This document shows, piece after piece, positions 28,637 through 38,100 of a stretch of DNA of 64,000 bases. Source of the DNA: an uncultured beta proteobacterium (lineage in GTDB: Bacteria; Pseudomonadota; Gammaproteobacteria; Burkholderiales; SG8-39); contig CAVVGT010000009.1 of NCBI GenBank assembly GCA_963747775.1, positions 3,409 to 67,408 on the forward strand. Direction: 5' to 3'. The position numbers were made by a program, and so were the translations under genes. Below the pieces are notes generated by a model. It was not told the origin of the DNA. It made no database searches and saw only the letters and a program-made list of their open reading frames with translations. Position 1 is the stretch's first letter. Every line of letters begins with the position of its first letter.

Positions 28637-29604
28637 GCGACGGCACGGCGCATCCGCAGATCATCGAGCGCTCGGCAGCGCTCGAGCGTGCGAAGACCGC
28701 GCCCGGCGCGTTCTACCTGCTCGCGGCGATGGGCGTCGCGCTGACCCTCTGGACGCCGGGCTTCTTCACGCCCGCCAACCTCACGAACGTGCTGCTGCAG
28801 GTCGCCGTCCTCACGATCGTGGCGCTCGGCATGACGCTGGTGATCCTCACCGAGGGCATCGATTTGAGCCTGGGCCCGGTGCTCGGGCTGTGCGGCGTCG
28901 CGGCGAGCCTGCTCGTGGTTGCGGGCCATCCGCTGCCGGTCGCCATCGGTGCCGCGCTCGGCATCGGCCTTTGCTTCGGCCTGCTGAACGGCGCGCTCGT
29001 CGCGGTCGCCGGCATGCCGCCGTTCATCGTCACGCTGGGCACGTTCGGCATCGCGCAAAGCCTCGCTACCGTGCTGACGCGCGGCGACTCGGTCGTCAGG
29101 CTGCCCGGGTACTACCGCTGGTTCAACGACGGCGTGTTCCTCGGCATCCCGGTGCCGTTGTGGGCGACGGCCGCCGTGTTTGCGCTCACGTGGTTCCTGC
29201 TGTACCGGACGAAGTTCGGCCGATACGTGTTCGCGATCGGCAGCAACAAACAGGCGCTCAAGCTCTCGGGCACGCGCGTGCCCGTCTATCACATCGCCGT
29301 CTACGCCTACGCGGGCGCGCTCGCGGCGATCGCCTCGTTCATCATGACCGCGCGGATGAACGCCGCGCATCCCACGATCGGCGTGGGGCTCGAGTTCGAC
29401 GCGATTGCGGCCGTGATCCTCGGCGGCACGCGCTTCGAGAAAGGCCACGGCGGCATCGCCGGGACGATCGTCGGCGCGCTGGCGGTCGGCGTGTTGCGCA
29501 ACGGCCTCAACCTGATCGGCGTCGGCACGGAGTGGCAGGTCGCGATCGTGGGCCTGGTGATCATCACCGCGGTGGGCGTCGACTCGCTGCGCGGACAACC
29601 ATGA
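28633..29604 (+). CDS. CUT2-type sugar ABC transporter permease (RbsC/AraH-like) 1
   Basis: Multi-span membrane protein with TEGIDLSLGPV and AIGSNKQALKLSGT motifs. The start M lies within track ORF 28486..29604. Confidence 0.85.
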   Translation: MSDGTAHPQIIERSAALERAKTAPGAFYLLAAMGVALTLWTPGFFTPANLTNVLLQVAVLTIVALGMTLVILTEGIDLSLGPVLGLCGVAASLLVVAGHPLPVAIGAALGIGLCFGLLNGALVAVAGMPPFIVTLGTFGIAQSLATVLTRGDSVVRLPGYYRWFNDGVFLGIPVPLWATAAVFALTWFLLYRTKFGRYVFAIGSNKQALKLSGTRVPVYHIAVYAYAGALAAIASFIMTARMNAAHPTIGVGLEFDAIAAVILGGTRFEKGHGGIAGTIVGALAVGVLRNGLNLIGVGTEWQVAIVGLVIITAVGVDSLRGQP

Positions 29605-30584
29605 AGACCCGGTCTGCCACGCTGCTCGCGACGCCGGCCGGCCGCATGGACCACACGGTGTTCGTGGCGGTCTCGCGCGTCGTCGCGATCGCGGCGCTGA
29701 TCGTCCTGCTCGCGATCCTGAGCCCCCAGTTCCTGACGTGGGGCAACTTCGTCAACGTCGCGCGACAGGCGTCGCTGCAGTTCCTGATCGCGGCCGGTCT
29801 GACGATCGTCGTGCTGACCGGCGGCATCGACCTCGCCGTGGGGGCCATCCTCGGGCTCGCGGCCTGCCTGTCGGCGTCGCTGATCAGCCAGGGGCACGTC
29901 GCATGGGGCATCGCCTCCGCGTTGCTCTCCGGCCTCGCGTGCGGAAGCGTGAACGGCCTGCTGATCACCTACGGGCGCATCCCGGCGTTCATCGCCACGT
30001 ACGGCATGCTGTGGATCGCGCACGGCCTGGGCTACGTGTTCATGAAGGGCGAGGTGATCTACGGGCTGCCCGAGGCGGTCCGGTTCATCGGCGTCGCCTT
30101 CGTCGGGCCGATCCCGGTCCCGGTCGTCGTCGCCGTCGCGCTGCTGATCGCGCTGCACGTTATGCTGCACGGTACCGTGCTCGGCCGCGCGATCTACGCG
30201 ATCGGGGGCAACCCCGGCGCCGCCCGACTGTCGGGCATGCCGGTCAAGCGGCGGCTGATCACCGTCTATGCGCTTTCGGGGCTCCTGTCGGGCTTCGCCG
30301 CGCTGGTGGTCATCGCACGCGTCAACGCCGCGGACTCGAGCCTCGGCGAGGACATGCTGCTCCCGGCGATCGCCGCCGTCTGCCTCGGCGGGACGTCGCT
30401 TTTCGGGGGCGTGGGGGGTATCGTGGGGACCGCGATCGGATCGCTCATTCTGGCGCTCGTCGTCAACGGCATGAACCTGCTCGGCGTGGAGACGTTCTGG
30501 CAGAGCGGCGTGATGGGCGCAATCATCTTGGCAGCGGTGCTTGCCGACCAGCTCGGCGGTTCGCGGCTGATCGGCAAACGGTGA
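29601..30584 (+). CDS. CUT2-type sugar ABC transporter permease (RbsC/AraH-like) 2
   Basis: TGGIDLAVGAI and AIGGNPGAARLSGM motifs. ATGA overlap with the preceding permease. Confidence 0.85.
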   Translation: MKTRSATLLATPAGRMDHTVFVAVSRVVAIAALIVLLAILSPQFLTWGNFVNVARQASLQFLIAAGLTIVVLTGGIDLAVGAILGLAACLSASLISQGHVAWGIASALLSGLACGSVNGLLITYGRIPAFIATYGMLWIAHGLGYVFMKGEVIYGLPEAVRFIGVAFVGPIPVPVVVAVALLIALHVMLHGTVLGRAIYAIGGNPGAARLSGMPVKRRLITVYALSGLLSGFAALVVIARVNAADSSLGEDMLLPAIAAVCLGGTSLFGGVGGIVGTAIGSLILALVVNGMNLLGVETFWQSGVMGAIILAAVLADQLGGSRLIGKR

Positions 30585-30615
30585 CGGTGGGACAACACAA
30601 AGGAGGAGGCGCAAC

Positions 30616-31617
30616 ATGGATCGCAGGCATTTCCTGAAGGCATCGCTCGCATCGACGGCGGCAGCGGGGCTCGCCTCCGCGGCTCCGCACGCGTTCGCGC
30701 AGGCAGGCAAGCCGCCGACGATCGCGTTCTTCGTGAAGAACGTGACGAACCCGTTCTGGAAGGCGTGCCGGATCGGGGCCGAGAAGGCGGCGAAGGACCT
30801 CGGCGTGACCCTCGAGGTCGTCGCGCCGACCAAGCCCGACAACATCGAGGAGCAGACGCGGCTCGTCGAGGACTGGGTCGTGCGCAAGCCCGACGCGTTC
30901 GTGTTCGTCCCGGTGGACTACACCGCGCTGGTGCCGTCGATCCAGAAGGCCACGAAGGCGGGCATTCCCGTCGTCAACTACAACAACCGGATGAACGACA
31001 TCCAGGCCGTCACCTACATCGGCTCCGACGACGAACTGATGGAGTACGAGATCTGCACGTACCTGTTCAAGTCCATGGGCGGCAAGGGCAAGGTGGTGCA
31101 TATCGACGGGGTGCCGGCGGCAAGCACCGCGCAGGCGCGCAAGCGCGGATTCGACCGCGCGGTGAAGGCGTTTCCCGGCGTCCAGGTGCTCGCGTCGCAG
31201 CCGGGCCAGTACCGCCGGCTGCCCGCCGTGCAGGTGTTCGAGAACCTGATGCAGCGCTTCCCGGAGATCGATGCGGTCGTGAGCGCGAACGACGATATGG
31301 CCGTCGGCATTGCCGAGGCGCTGGCTGCGGCCGGCCGCGGCGGCAAGACGATGGTGATCGGCATCGACGGGATTCCCGACGCGACCGCCGCGATCGCCGC
31401 CGGGAAGATGTTCGCGACCGCCGATTTCAGCGGCCATGACCAGTCGTACCTCGCGGTCACGGCCGCGGTTCGCCACCTGCGCAAGCAGCCGGTGCCGAAG
31501 GAGATCCAGCTGCCGATCGTCATCATCGACAAGAAGAATGTCCAGGCCTTCATGAAGACGCCGGAAGAGCGCGCGGTGCCCAACTGGGACAAGACGGTCG
31601 CTGCGCAGAAGTCCTGA
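30616..31617 (+). CDS. sugar ABC transporter periplasmic binding protein (RbsB-like, type I PBP)
   Basis: Tat-like signal MDRRHFLKASLASTAAAGLASAAPHAFA. The body is PBP type I-like. aaaggagg RBS. Confidence 0.9.
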   Translation: MDRRHFLKASLASTAAAGLASAAPHAFAQAGKPPTIAFFVKNVTNPFWKACRIGAEKAAKDLGVTLEVVAPTKPDNIEEQTRLVEDWVVRKPDAFVFVPVDYTALVPSIQKATKAGIPVVNYNNRMNDIQAVTYIGSDDELMEYEICTYLFKSMGGKGKVVHIDGVPAASTAQARKRGFDRAVKAFPGVQVLASQPGQYRRLPAVQVFENLMQRFPEIDAVVSANDDMAVGIAEALAAAGRGGKTMVIGIDGIPDATAAIAAGKMFATADFSGHDQSYLAVTAAVRHLRKQPVPKEIQLPIVIIDKKNVQAFMKTPEERAVPNWDKTVAAQKS

Positions 31618-31690
31618 CCTCCGTCGTGCGCGGGGAGGCGGGCGCCGCCAACCTCCCCTTCCCGCCGCTTTCCGGACCGCCTTTTACGCC

Positions 31691-32479
31691 ATGGCCGACA
31701 CGCAAGCACCGATCGTCTCGATGCGCGGGATCGCGAAGGCCTACGGGGGTGTGCAGGCGCTCAAGGGCGTCGACCTCGACATCTACCTCGGCGAAGTGCA
31801 CGCGCTCGTCGGCGACAACGCCGCCGGCAAGTCGACGCTGATCAAGACGCTCGCGGGCGCGTTGCGCCCCGATGCGGGGACGATTGCGTTCGACGGCAAG
31901 GCGGTGGCGATCGAGGATCCGCGCGACGCCAAGGCGCTGGGCATCGAGACGGTCTACCAGGACCTCGCGCTGGCCGACAACCTCGACGTGCCCGCGAACG
32001 TCTTCCTGGGGCGCGAGGCGACCCGCTTCGGCTGGTTCCTCGACAACAGGACGATGGAAGAGCGCGCGCGCAAGCTCCTCGCGCGGCTCAAGATCAACAT
32101 CCCCAACGTTCGGCAGAAGGTCCGCGCGATGTCCGGCGGCCAGCGGCAGTCGATCGCCATCGCCCGGTGCGTCTGCTTCAACGCGCGCGTGATCATCCTC
32201 GACGAGCCGACCGCGGCGCTCGGCGTGCAGGAGACCAGCAAGGTCTACGCGCTGGTCCGCGAGATGCGCGAGCAGGGCTGCGGCGTCCTGCTGATCAGCC
32301 ACAACCTGAACCACGTGTTCGAGAATTGCGACCGCATCACCATCATGAAGACCGGCAGCCTCGTCGGGTCGCGGCGCGTCGCGGAGACGAACCAGGACGA
32401 GGTCGTGCGGATGATCGTGAGCGGCACCGCGGAGCCGGTCCGGCCGCAGGTTCGCGAGCCGCTGCTGCAGTCCGGCTGA
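31691..32479 (+). CDS. sugar ABC transporter ATP-binding protein (single NBD)
   Basis: Walker A GDNAAGKST, signature MSGGQRQ, Walker B IILDEPT. Confidence 0.9.
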   Translation: MADTQAPIVSMRGIAKAYGGVQALKGVDLDIYLGEVHALVGDNAAGKSTLIKTLAGALRPDAGTIAFDGKAVAIEDPRDAKALGIETVYQDLALADNLDVPANVFLGREATRFGWFLDNRTMEERARKLLARLKINIPNVRQKVRAMSGGQRQSIAIARCVCFNARVIILDEPTAALGVQETSKVYALVREMREQGCGVLLISHNLNHVFENCDRITIMKTGSLVGSRRVAETNQDEVVRMIVSGTAEPVRPQVREPLLQSG

Positions 32480-32501
32480 ACGCTTGGCCCCTTAGGGCCT
32501 G

Positions 32502-34023
32502 CTAACGCTGCCGAAGGGCTCGCTTCCTCGCCGGGATGTGCTTCTTCTTCTTCGGTGCAGGCGCCTTCCCGCTCTTCCCGGGCTTATGCCGCATCAACGA
32601 TTCGATCACGTGCTGCATGCGCCGCCCGCTCAGCTGCTCGATGCGCGCGCCCACGGCATCCAGATCGCTTTGCAGCGCGCGGATCTTCACCTTCACGCGC
32701 AGCTTCTTGAGCAGGGCACTCGCTCGTTTGCTGTCGGCCTCACCGAATACCGCACCCTTGTCGCCCACGGATCGCGCCGTGGCCCGGATGACCTCGCCCG
32801 CGGCCGCCAGCAGGTTCGCATCGCGCACGGCGACGGAGAGCAGAGCGAACTGCGCGCGTTCGAACAATGCGATCCATTCGCGGCCCGCGGCGGTGGTCGC
32901 CAGCAGATCGTCGCGGATGGCACGCAGAGCGGCGACTTCGGTATCGCCTTTGAACAGCTTGATGCCGATGAGCTCGATCGCGCACACCGACTGCTGCAAC
33001 AGGGCCAGCATCGCCGCCTTTGCATCGCGCTTGACGAGTGTGGGATCGGCGGGGTGGAACGATTCGGGCGCACTAATGGTGAACGGTCCGGTCTCGAAAG
33101 TGAAACCGTAGGTCTTGTACAGGCTCGGGTTCGCGATGTGTCGCGAGTAGGCGTAGTCGCTCTGCGTGCCCGTCGTGGCATACAGGTCGTATGACGTCTC
33201 CGGCGTGTAGCTGCGCCCGCGCACGGCGGCGATGTCGGTAACGATGCGGGCGGCGACCGTCCGGAAGCGCTGCACGTCGCGTGGCGGCATGTATTCGGAA
33301 TACGTGGCCGGGATGCTGGCCGTGCACGTGCCCGTCGGCAGCCCGGTGAAGCGCTGGCTGGGGTCGGTGGACTGCGTGCGCGCATGGCCCCAGGGGTACA
33401 GCACGAGCTCGGAATACGAGTGAACGTCGACGAAGGAGACGATGCGCTCGTTATCCAGGATGTGCTTGACGTTGCGCGTCTCGGGCTCACTGAAAGCCGA
33501 AGGGCCGCAGTAGGTATCCGCGCACGGCGAACACGAGGTCTGGCCCTGCGCGACGCCCCAGACGAAATCGGCATTGCGATTCAGGTCCACGCCGTCACAA
33601 GTCGTCCCGGGGTTGTCGCGCCGGTTCTTGCGCCACATGTCGTCGACCGTCATCACGTGGTGGCGCCCGTCCGGGTTGACGCAGGGCAGCAGCCAGATGT
33701 CCATGGCCTCGAGGATCAGCTTGACTTCATCGGCCGTGAACGTCTTGCCGCCATAGCGGATGTTGGTTCCGTTCGAATAGCTCAGCAGCAGGTCGATTGC
33801 GAGCTCGATGATGGCGTCCGGGATTCATCAGCTCGCGCGCGTGCGTGCCACCCACGATGAGCACGCCACGGCGTCCTGTGCCGCTTCCCGCGCGCATGCG
33901 CAGCGCGTAGACCGGGCGACCCTGGACCGACGCTTCGGGGAGCTGGACGCGGGTGAAAAGCTGCGGAAACCAGGTTGACAAGATGCTGGTGGCCGAGTCG
34001 ATCTGGGCAACGGTGCGGTACAT
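32502..34023 (-). pseudogene. M14-family zinc carboxypeptidase with long C-terminal helical/basic tail; interrupted by a 1-nt frameshift near 33816-33822
   Basis: The N-terminal ORF (33727..34023) ends in VLIVGGTHARELMNP (HxxE). Shifting by one base continues as DAIIELAIDLLLSYSNG...EAMDIWLLPCVNPDGRHH...FVDVHSYSELVLYPWG (ORF 32502..33704). The shift occurs at a CCGGG run. Confidence 0.75.
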
Positions 34024-34349
34024 CAGCGGTCTCCCTTCTTCGGGATGCCCTTGACCTGCTGCTCGAGCCAGCGCTTGGCCTGGTCGTCGGTCATGATCCG
34101 TTTCTGGTCCAGCGGCGCGACGGGAATCGCCGCGGTCAGGTGGACCTCATAGCCCTGCTCCAGCAGGCGGCGCGCGTCGTCCGCCGTCAGCAGCAGCTTG
34201 ACCTTGCCGCCGGCGTCGGGCAGCCGGTCCAGGTCGAGCTCCGCGGCCGCCAACACCGCTTTGCGGTGGGGCGCGGGACCCAGGGTGGCCTCGAATCGAA
34301 CCGAAGTAGGTTGGGTGACCCTGGATGGAGGGGGTTTTCGCGTGGCCAT
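34023..34349 (-). CDS. hypothetical protein translationally coupled to the M14 peptidase gene
   Basis: 108-aa ORF whose TGA overlaps the peptidase ATG by 1 nt (TGATG). I recognise no family. Confidence 0.5.
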   Translation of the reverse strand: MATRKPPPSRVTQPTSVRFEATLGPAPHRKAVLAAAELDLDRLPDAGGKVKLLLTADDARRLLEQGYEVHLTAAIPVAPLDQKRIMTDDQAKRWLEQQVKGIPKKGDR

Positions 34350-34822
34350 GGCGCCTCCTGCGGTGATGCCGGCACTGCAACATCCGCCCCGTAAACAGCG
34401 GAGATTCGCATCCCTCGTATTCCTGCGACTCTACACGCCGAAGGCGTCGCAGTCAGTCGTCCGATTGGCCTAAGCGCATTCCAATGAAGCTCTGGCCCGC
34501 GCCTGAATCCCTCCTCCAAGCGTGTCCGAGGCTCAATGCCCCAATGAACCTGGCCTCTGCGAAACCCGTGCTCCGTGGCCCGGTGAACTATTTGCTTTTC
34601 CCTTGTTGTTTCAGCTCCCGCTGGGCATGCTCGAGCGGAGTGCGCAAGTTCATAGTCCCTGGTGCCCGCTCCCAGGTTTTCCGTGTCCTGACCGTACGAC
34701 CGCTTCTCGCCGATGGCCGCCTCGTAACCATCGCCGCTGGTCTCCTCCGGGGCGCAAGATTTACTGAGCTGATGCGATGCTGATAGGCTTGGAGCCCATT
34801 GTCTTGACGGGGTCGGGCATCG

Positions 34823-35746
34823 ATGAAGGCTGCTTTCTTCATGCAGCATGGAGGTCCTGAGGTCTTGCAGTACGGCGATGTACCCGATCCCGCGGCCGGC
34901 GCAGGCGAACTGCTCGTGGACGTTCATGCCGCTAGCGTGAACGCAGCGGACTGGAAGATGCGCGCCGGCAGCTATGCCCCCGTTTCGCATTTTCCCTATG
35001 TGCCGGGCCGGGACTTTTCCGGCGTCGTCGCCGCGCTGGGCGAAGGCGCCGGCGATTTCAAGGTGGGTGATCCGGTTTTCGGTGTCTGTGACGTCGGTCA
35101 GGAGGGCGCATATGCGGAAAAAATCGCCATCAAAGCGGCGATCGCGGCGAGAAAGCCTGACGCGCTCTCGCATGCGCAATGCGCCGCGCTTGCGCTCACC
35201 GGTTTGACGGCCCTTGTTTCAATCGAGGATACGCTGCAGCTTGCGAGCGGCGAGACGATTCTGATTCAAGGCGGTGCTGGGGGCGTCGCGGGTTTTGCGA
35301 TCCAGCTCGCGAAGCACATCGGGGCGCGTGTCGTCACCACCGCAAGCGCCGCGAACCATGCCTACGTGCGCGGTCTCGGTGCAGACGAGATCATCGACTA
35401 TCGGACCGAAGATTTCACGCGCAAGGTGTCGGACTGCGATGCGGTCTTCGACACCGTAGGAGGTGAGGTGGCCCTGAAGTCCTTTGCCGTGTTGCGATCG
35501 GGTGGTCGCGCGGCGTTCATCGCCTCGGGTGCATCCGCACCGGCCTCGCCCCGGCCCGACGTGCGCGCATACCGCCCGATGGTGGGACGCGACCGACGCC
35601 ATCTGGAGCGCATCCTGGCGCTCGTGCGGTCCGGCGCCGTGCGTGCTCCCGAGATCAAACTCTATCCCCTGTCGGAGGCTGCCGCGGCCCATGCGCTGAG
35701 CGAAGGCCGTCACTTTAGAGGGAAGCTGGTATTTCGCGTGCGCTGA
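34823..35746 (+). CDS. NADPH:quinone oxidoreductase (zeta-crystallin-like MDR)
   Basis: 307 aa with VHAASVNAADWK, GGAGGVAGFAIQLAK and RGKLVF. Confidence 0.85.
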   Translation: MKAAFFMQHGGPEVLQYGDVPDPAAGAGELLVDVHAASVNAADWKMRAGSYAPVSHFPYVPGRDFSGVVAALGEGAGDFKVGDPVFGVCDVGQEGAYAEKIAIKAAIAARKPDALSHAQCAALALTGLTALVSIEDTLQLASGETILIQGGAGGVAGFAIQLAKHIGARVVTTASAANHAYVRGLGADEIIDYRTEDFTRKVSDCDAVFDTVGGEVALKSFAVLRSGGRAAFIASGASAPASPRPDVRAYRPMVGRDRRHLERILALVRSGAVRAPEIKLYPLSEAAAAHALSEGRHFRGKLVFRVR

Positions 35747-35801
35747 AACGGGGCACCAGCCGCGGAAAGTGGGGGCGGTGCGTAACCTCCTCCGCGTCGC
35801 T

Positions 35802-37007
35802 TCATCGATACAGCAACACGGCTTCCCTCTCTTCGCGCCACGCATCCTCATCGGGATGCGCAAGCGCGTCGAGATCGGCTGCCGTGGCGGCGGGATCGTC
35901 CACCCAAGCTCGCAACAGCTCGCTTCCGTTGATCAAGTCGATTGCGAGACGGCCGTGTTCGTACTCGTACGGAAAGTCGCGCCACAATCCGTACTCGGGC
36001 CGCAGCGTGCGGAGCGCCTTGAACGCGAGAGCCAGCAGTCGCCACGGGCGAAATGCGTCGTGATCGTAAGCCGAGTCGTCGACGTGAATCTGAAGGCCCG
36101 CGCAGAGCTCACCGACGTGCTTGTGAAATGTCGGCTCGAACCAGCAAGCCCGCAGCCGACAACCGCGCATCCATCGAGGCGCCAGGGATTCCATCCTCGC
36201 CACCAGCGAACGCGGATCGAGATCGGGCGCTCCGAACAGCTCGAGCGGCCGGGTTGTGCCGCGCCCCTCCGACAACGTGGTGCCTTCCAGCATCACGGTC
36301 CCCGCGTAGCAGCGGGCCATCCAGGGATTGGACGCATTGGGGCTCGGGTTGACCCACGTCCGTTCGCCGAGCGCCCAACCGTATCCCGGTGCGCCGTTCG
36401 GATTCCAGCCCTCCATCGTCACGACCTCGCACTCCACGTCGAGGCGAAGCGTGCGCAGGAACCAGTTCGCGAGCTCGCCGAGCGTCAGGCCGTGGCGCAT
36501 CGGCAGCGGTCCCGCACCGACGAAACTCTCCCACCCGGCACGCAGCAGCAGTCCCTCGATCGGACGCCCCGCCGGGTTGGGTCGGTCGAGCACCCAAACC
36601 TGCTTGCCCTGCTCGACGGCCGCCTCGAGAACGTAGCGCAGCGTCGTGACAAAAGTGTAGATCCGGCAACCCACGTCTTGCAGATCGACCAGCAGCACGT
36701 CGAAGCTGTCCATCATCGCTGTTGTCGGGCGGCGCACTTCGCCATAGAGGCTGAAGACCGGGATCCCGTGCACGGGGTCGGTGAAGTGCGGCGATTCGAT
36801 CATGTTGTCCTGCTTGTCGCCGCGCAGCCCATGCTGGGGCCCGAAGGCTGCAACCAGCTCGATGTCCTCAACCGCAGCGAGCGCGTCCAGCGAGTGCACG
36901 AGATCGCGCGTCACCGACGCCGGATGCGCAAGCAGCGCCACTCGCTTGCCTACCAGCGGTTGTCGCAACGCCGGATCTTCAAGCAAGCGATCAATTCCGA
37001 ACTTCAT
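35802..37007 (-). CDS. DUF1343-domain protein (exo-beta-N-acetylmuramidase NamZ family)
   Basis: VALLAHPASV, FGPQHGLRGD, VLLVDLQDVGCRIYTF and VLDRPNP are typical of DUF1343. The start is taken at MKFGIDRLL. Confidence 0.85.
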   Translation of the reverse strand: MKFGIDRLLEDPALRQPLVGKRVALLAHPASVTRDLVHSLDALAAVEDIELVAAFGPQHGLRGDKQDNMIESPHFTDPVHGIPVFSLYGEVRRPTTAMMDSFDVLLVDLQDVGCRIYTFVTTLRYVLEAAVEQGKQVWVLDRPNPAGRPIEGLLLRAGWESFVGAGPLPMRHGLTLGELANWFLRTLRLDVECEVVTMEGWNPNGAPGYGWALGERTWVNPSPNASNPWMARCYAGTVMLEGTTLSEGRGTTRPLELFGAPDLDPRSLVARMESLAPRWMRGCRLRACWFEPTFHKHVGELCAGLQIHVDDSAYDHDAFRPWRLLALAFKALRTLRPEYGLWRDFPYEYEHGRLAIDLINGSELLRAWVDDPAATAADLDALAHPDEDAWREEREAVLLYR

Positions 37008-37560
37008 AAAATTCCAAAGCGAACGCGTCAGGATGGTGGAAATCGGGTTTGCCCGGCGGATGTCTAAGCGCCCAGTAGGAAAGCTCGCCGGAGTCGTCCT
37101 CGACAACGGCTGACAGCGCGAGCGAAAGACTGGCGCTGAGGTACATCGGCGACAGGTGGCCGAGGCGCACTCGGGCGTCGAGCTCCAATCTTCCCGCCGT
37201 GCTGCGTACAGTAACTCCCGGATTCAGCTGCTCGTCATCAAGAATCCCGCCGTCGCGATAGCGCGTGAATGCGTATGCCGCCCACTCGCCGGAAGGTCCG
37301 AGGTTGAATTCATGGTATCCGGGCGACCCTTCGCTCGCCACAAATATCTCGCAACACGTGTGCTGCCAAAGCCGTTCGGCGATGCGCGGTGCCCGCGGGC
37401 GCGGAACGCGCAGGCGATTGAGGTCTCCCTCTAGCGAGTAGTGGACCGCCAGAATTCCGTCGGCGGTCCTGGCTACACGCGCTCGGACGGCGTGCACCGA
37501 ATTGCTGCGAGTTTCGGGATGACAGATGAGAGCGACCGCGCTGACCGGTGGAGATGCCAT
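36991..37560 (-). CDS. hypothetical protein (DOMON-like fold suspected)
   Basis: 189-aa ORF that overlaps the DUF1343 start by 17 nt. The pattern (CCEIFV, YHEFNLGPSGEWAAY, DFHHPDAF) recalls DOMON-like proteins, from memory only. Confidence 0.5.
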   Translation of the reverse strand: MASPPVSAVALICHPETRSNSVHAVRARVARTADGILAVHYSLEGDLNRLRVPRPRAPRIAERLWQHTCCEIFVASEGSPGYHEFNLGPSGEWAAYAFTRYRDGGILDDEQLNPGVTVRSTAGRLELDARVRLGHLSPMYLSASLSLALSAVVEDDSGELSYWALRHPPGKPDFHHPDAFALEFYEVRN

Positions 37561-37683
37561 TGTCGCGCGAAGCCTAGCATCCCCTCCTAACTATGGATGA
37601 CGAGGGCACGTTTGTCGGGCATTGTCGCAGGTCGAGATAGACAAGGAGACGAGCCGCGGGCAGCTTTGGCAGCTAGGAGCTGG

Positions 37684-37938
37684 CTATGTCGTCGGCTTTG
37701 GTTTTCGACCGGGCGCTGCCGGCGGGTAGTACCCCGACACGCGGCAGAGCCACGCTTCAATCCGGTTGCCATTCTCGAAGCGCGTCAGGTTGCACGTGAC
37801 GACCGCCCCCGCGGCTGCCAGGCCGGCTACATGCTGGCGCACGGTCGCAAGCGGCATGCCCGTCTCTCTGGCGAGCTCTGAATCGAGCCGCTCACCGTGT
37901 TTCTTGAGGCACTGGAGGATTCGATCATGGCCAGCCAC
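37684..37938 (-). CDS. small winged-helix DNA-binding protein
   Basis: 84 aa. ILQCLKKHGERLDSELARETGMPLATVRQHVAGLAAAG looks like a wHTH. Confidence 0.55.
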   Translation of the reverse strand: MAGHDRILQCLKKHGERLDSELARETGMPLATVRQHVAGLAAAGAVVTCNLTRFENGNRIEAWLCRVSGYYPPAAPGRKPKPTT

Positions 37939-38100
37939 ACGGAAAGGGCCGGCAGTCTATCAGACCCGCCGGTGTCGGCCCCTTATTACCCTTCCCATTC
38001 AAACTGCGTCCATGCGCGCCTTTTGCTAGAAATGCGAAAAGCGCCGGAGCAACTCCGCAGATTTCCCGCATGCACGACTTCTGCGGGGCTAGCGGATCGG

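Noticed and set aside
27718-29598. 626-aa minus-strand ORF
   Set aside because: It lies antisense to the TIM-barrel isomerase and the first permease, both of which have clear family motifs. Its composition is Arg/Asp/Ala-rich and low in complexity.
34350-34822. 470-nt gap between the M14-associated ORF and the quinone reductase gene; a 21-codon ORF (MNLRTPLEHAQRELKQQGKSK) on the minus strand
   Set aside because: The ORF is too short and has no RBS or family resemblance. The region is treated as divergent promoter DNA.
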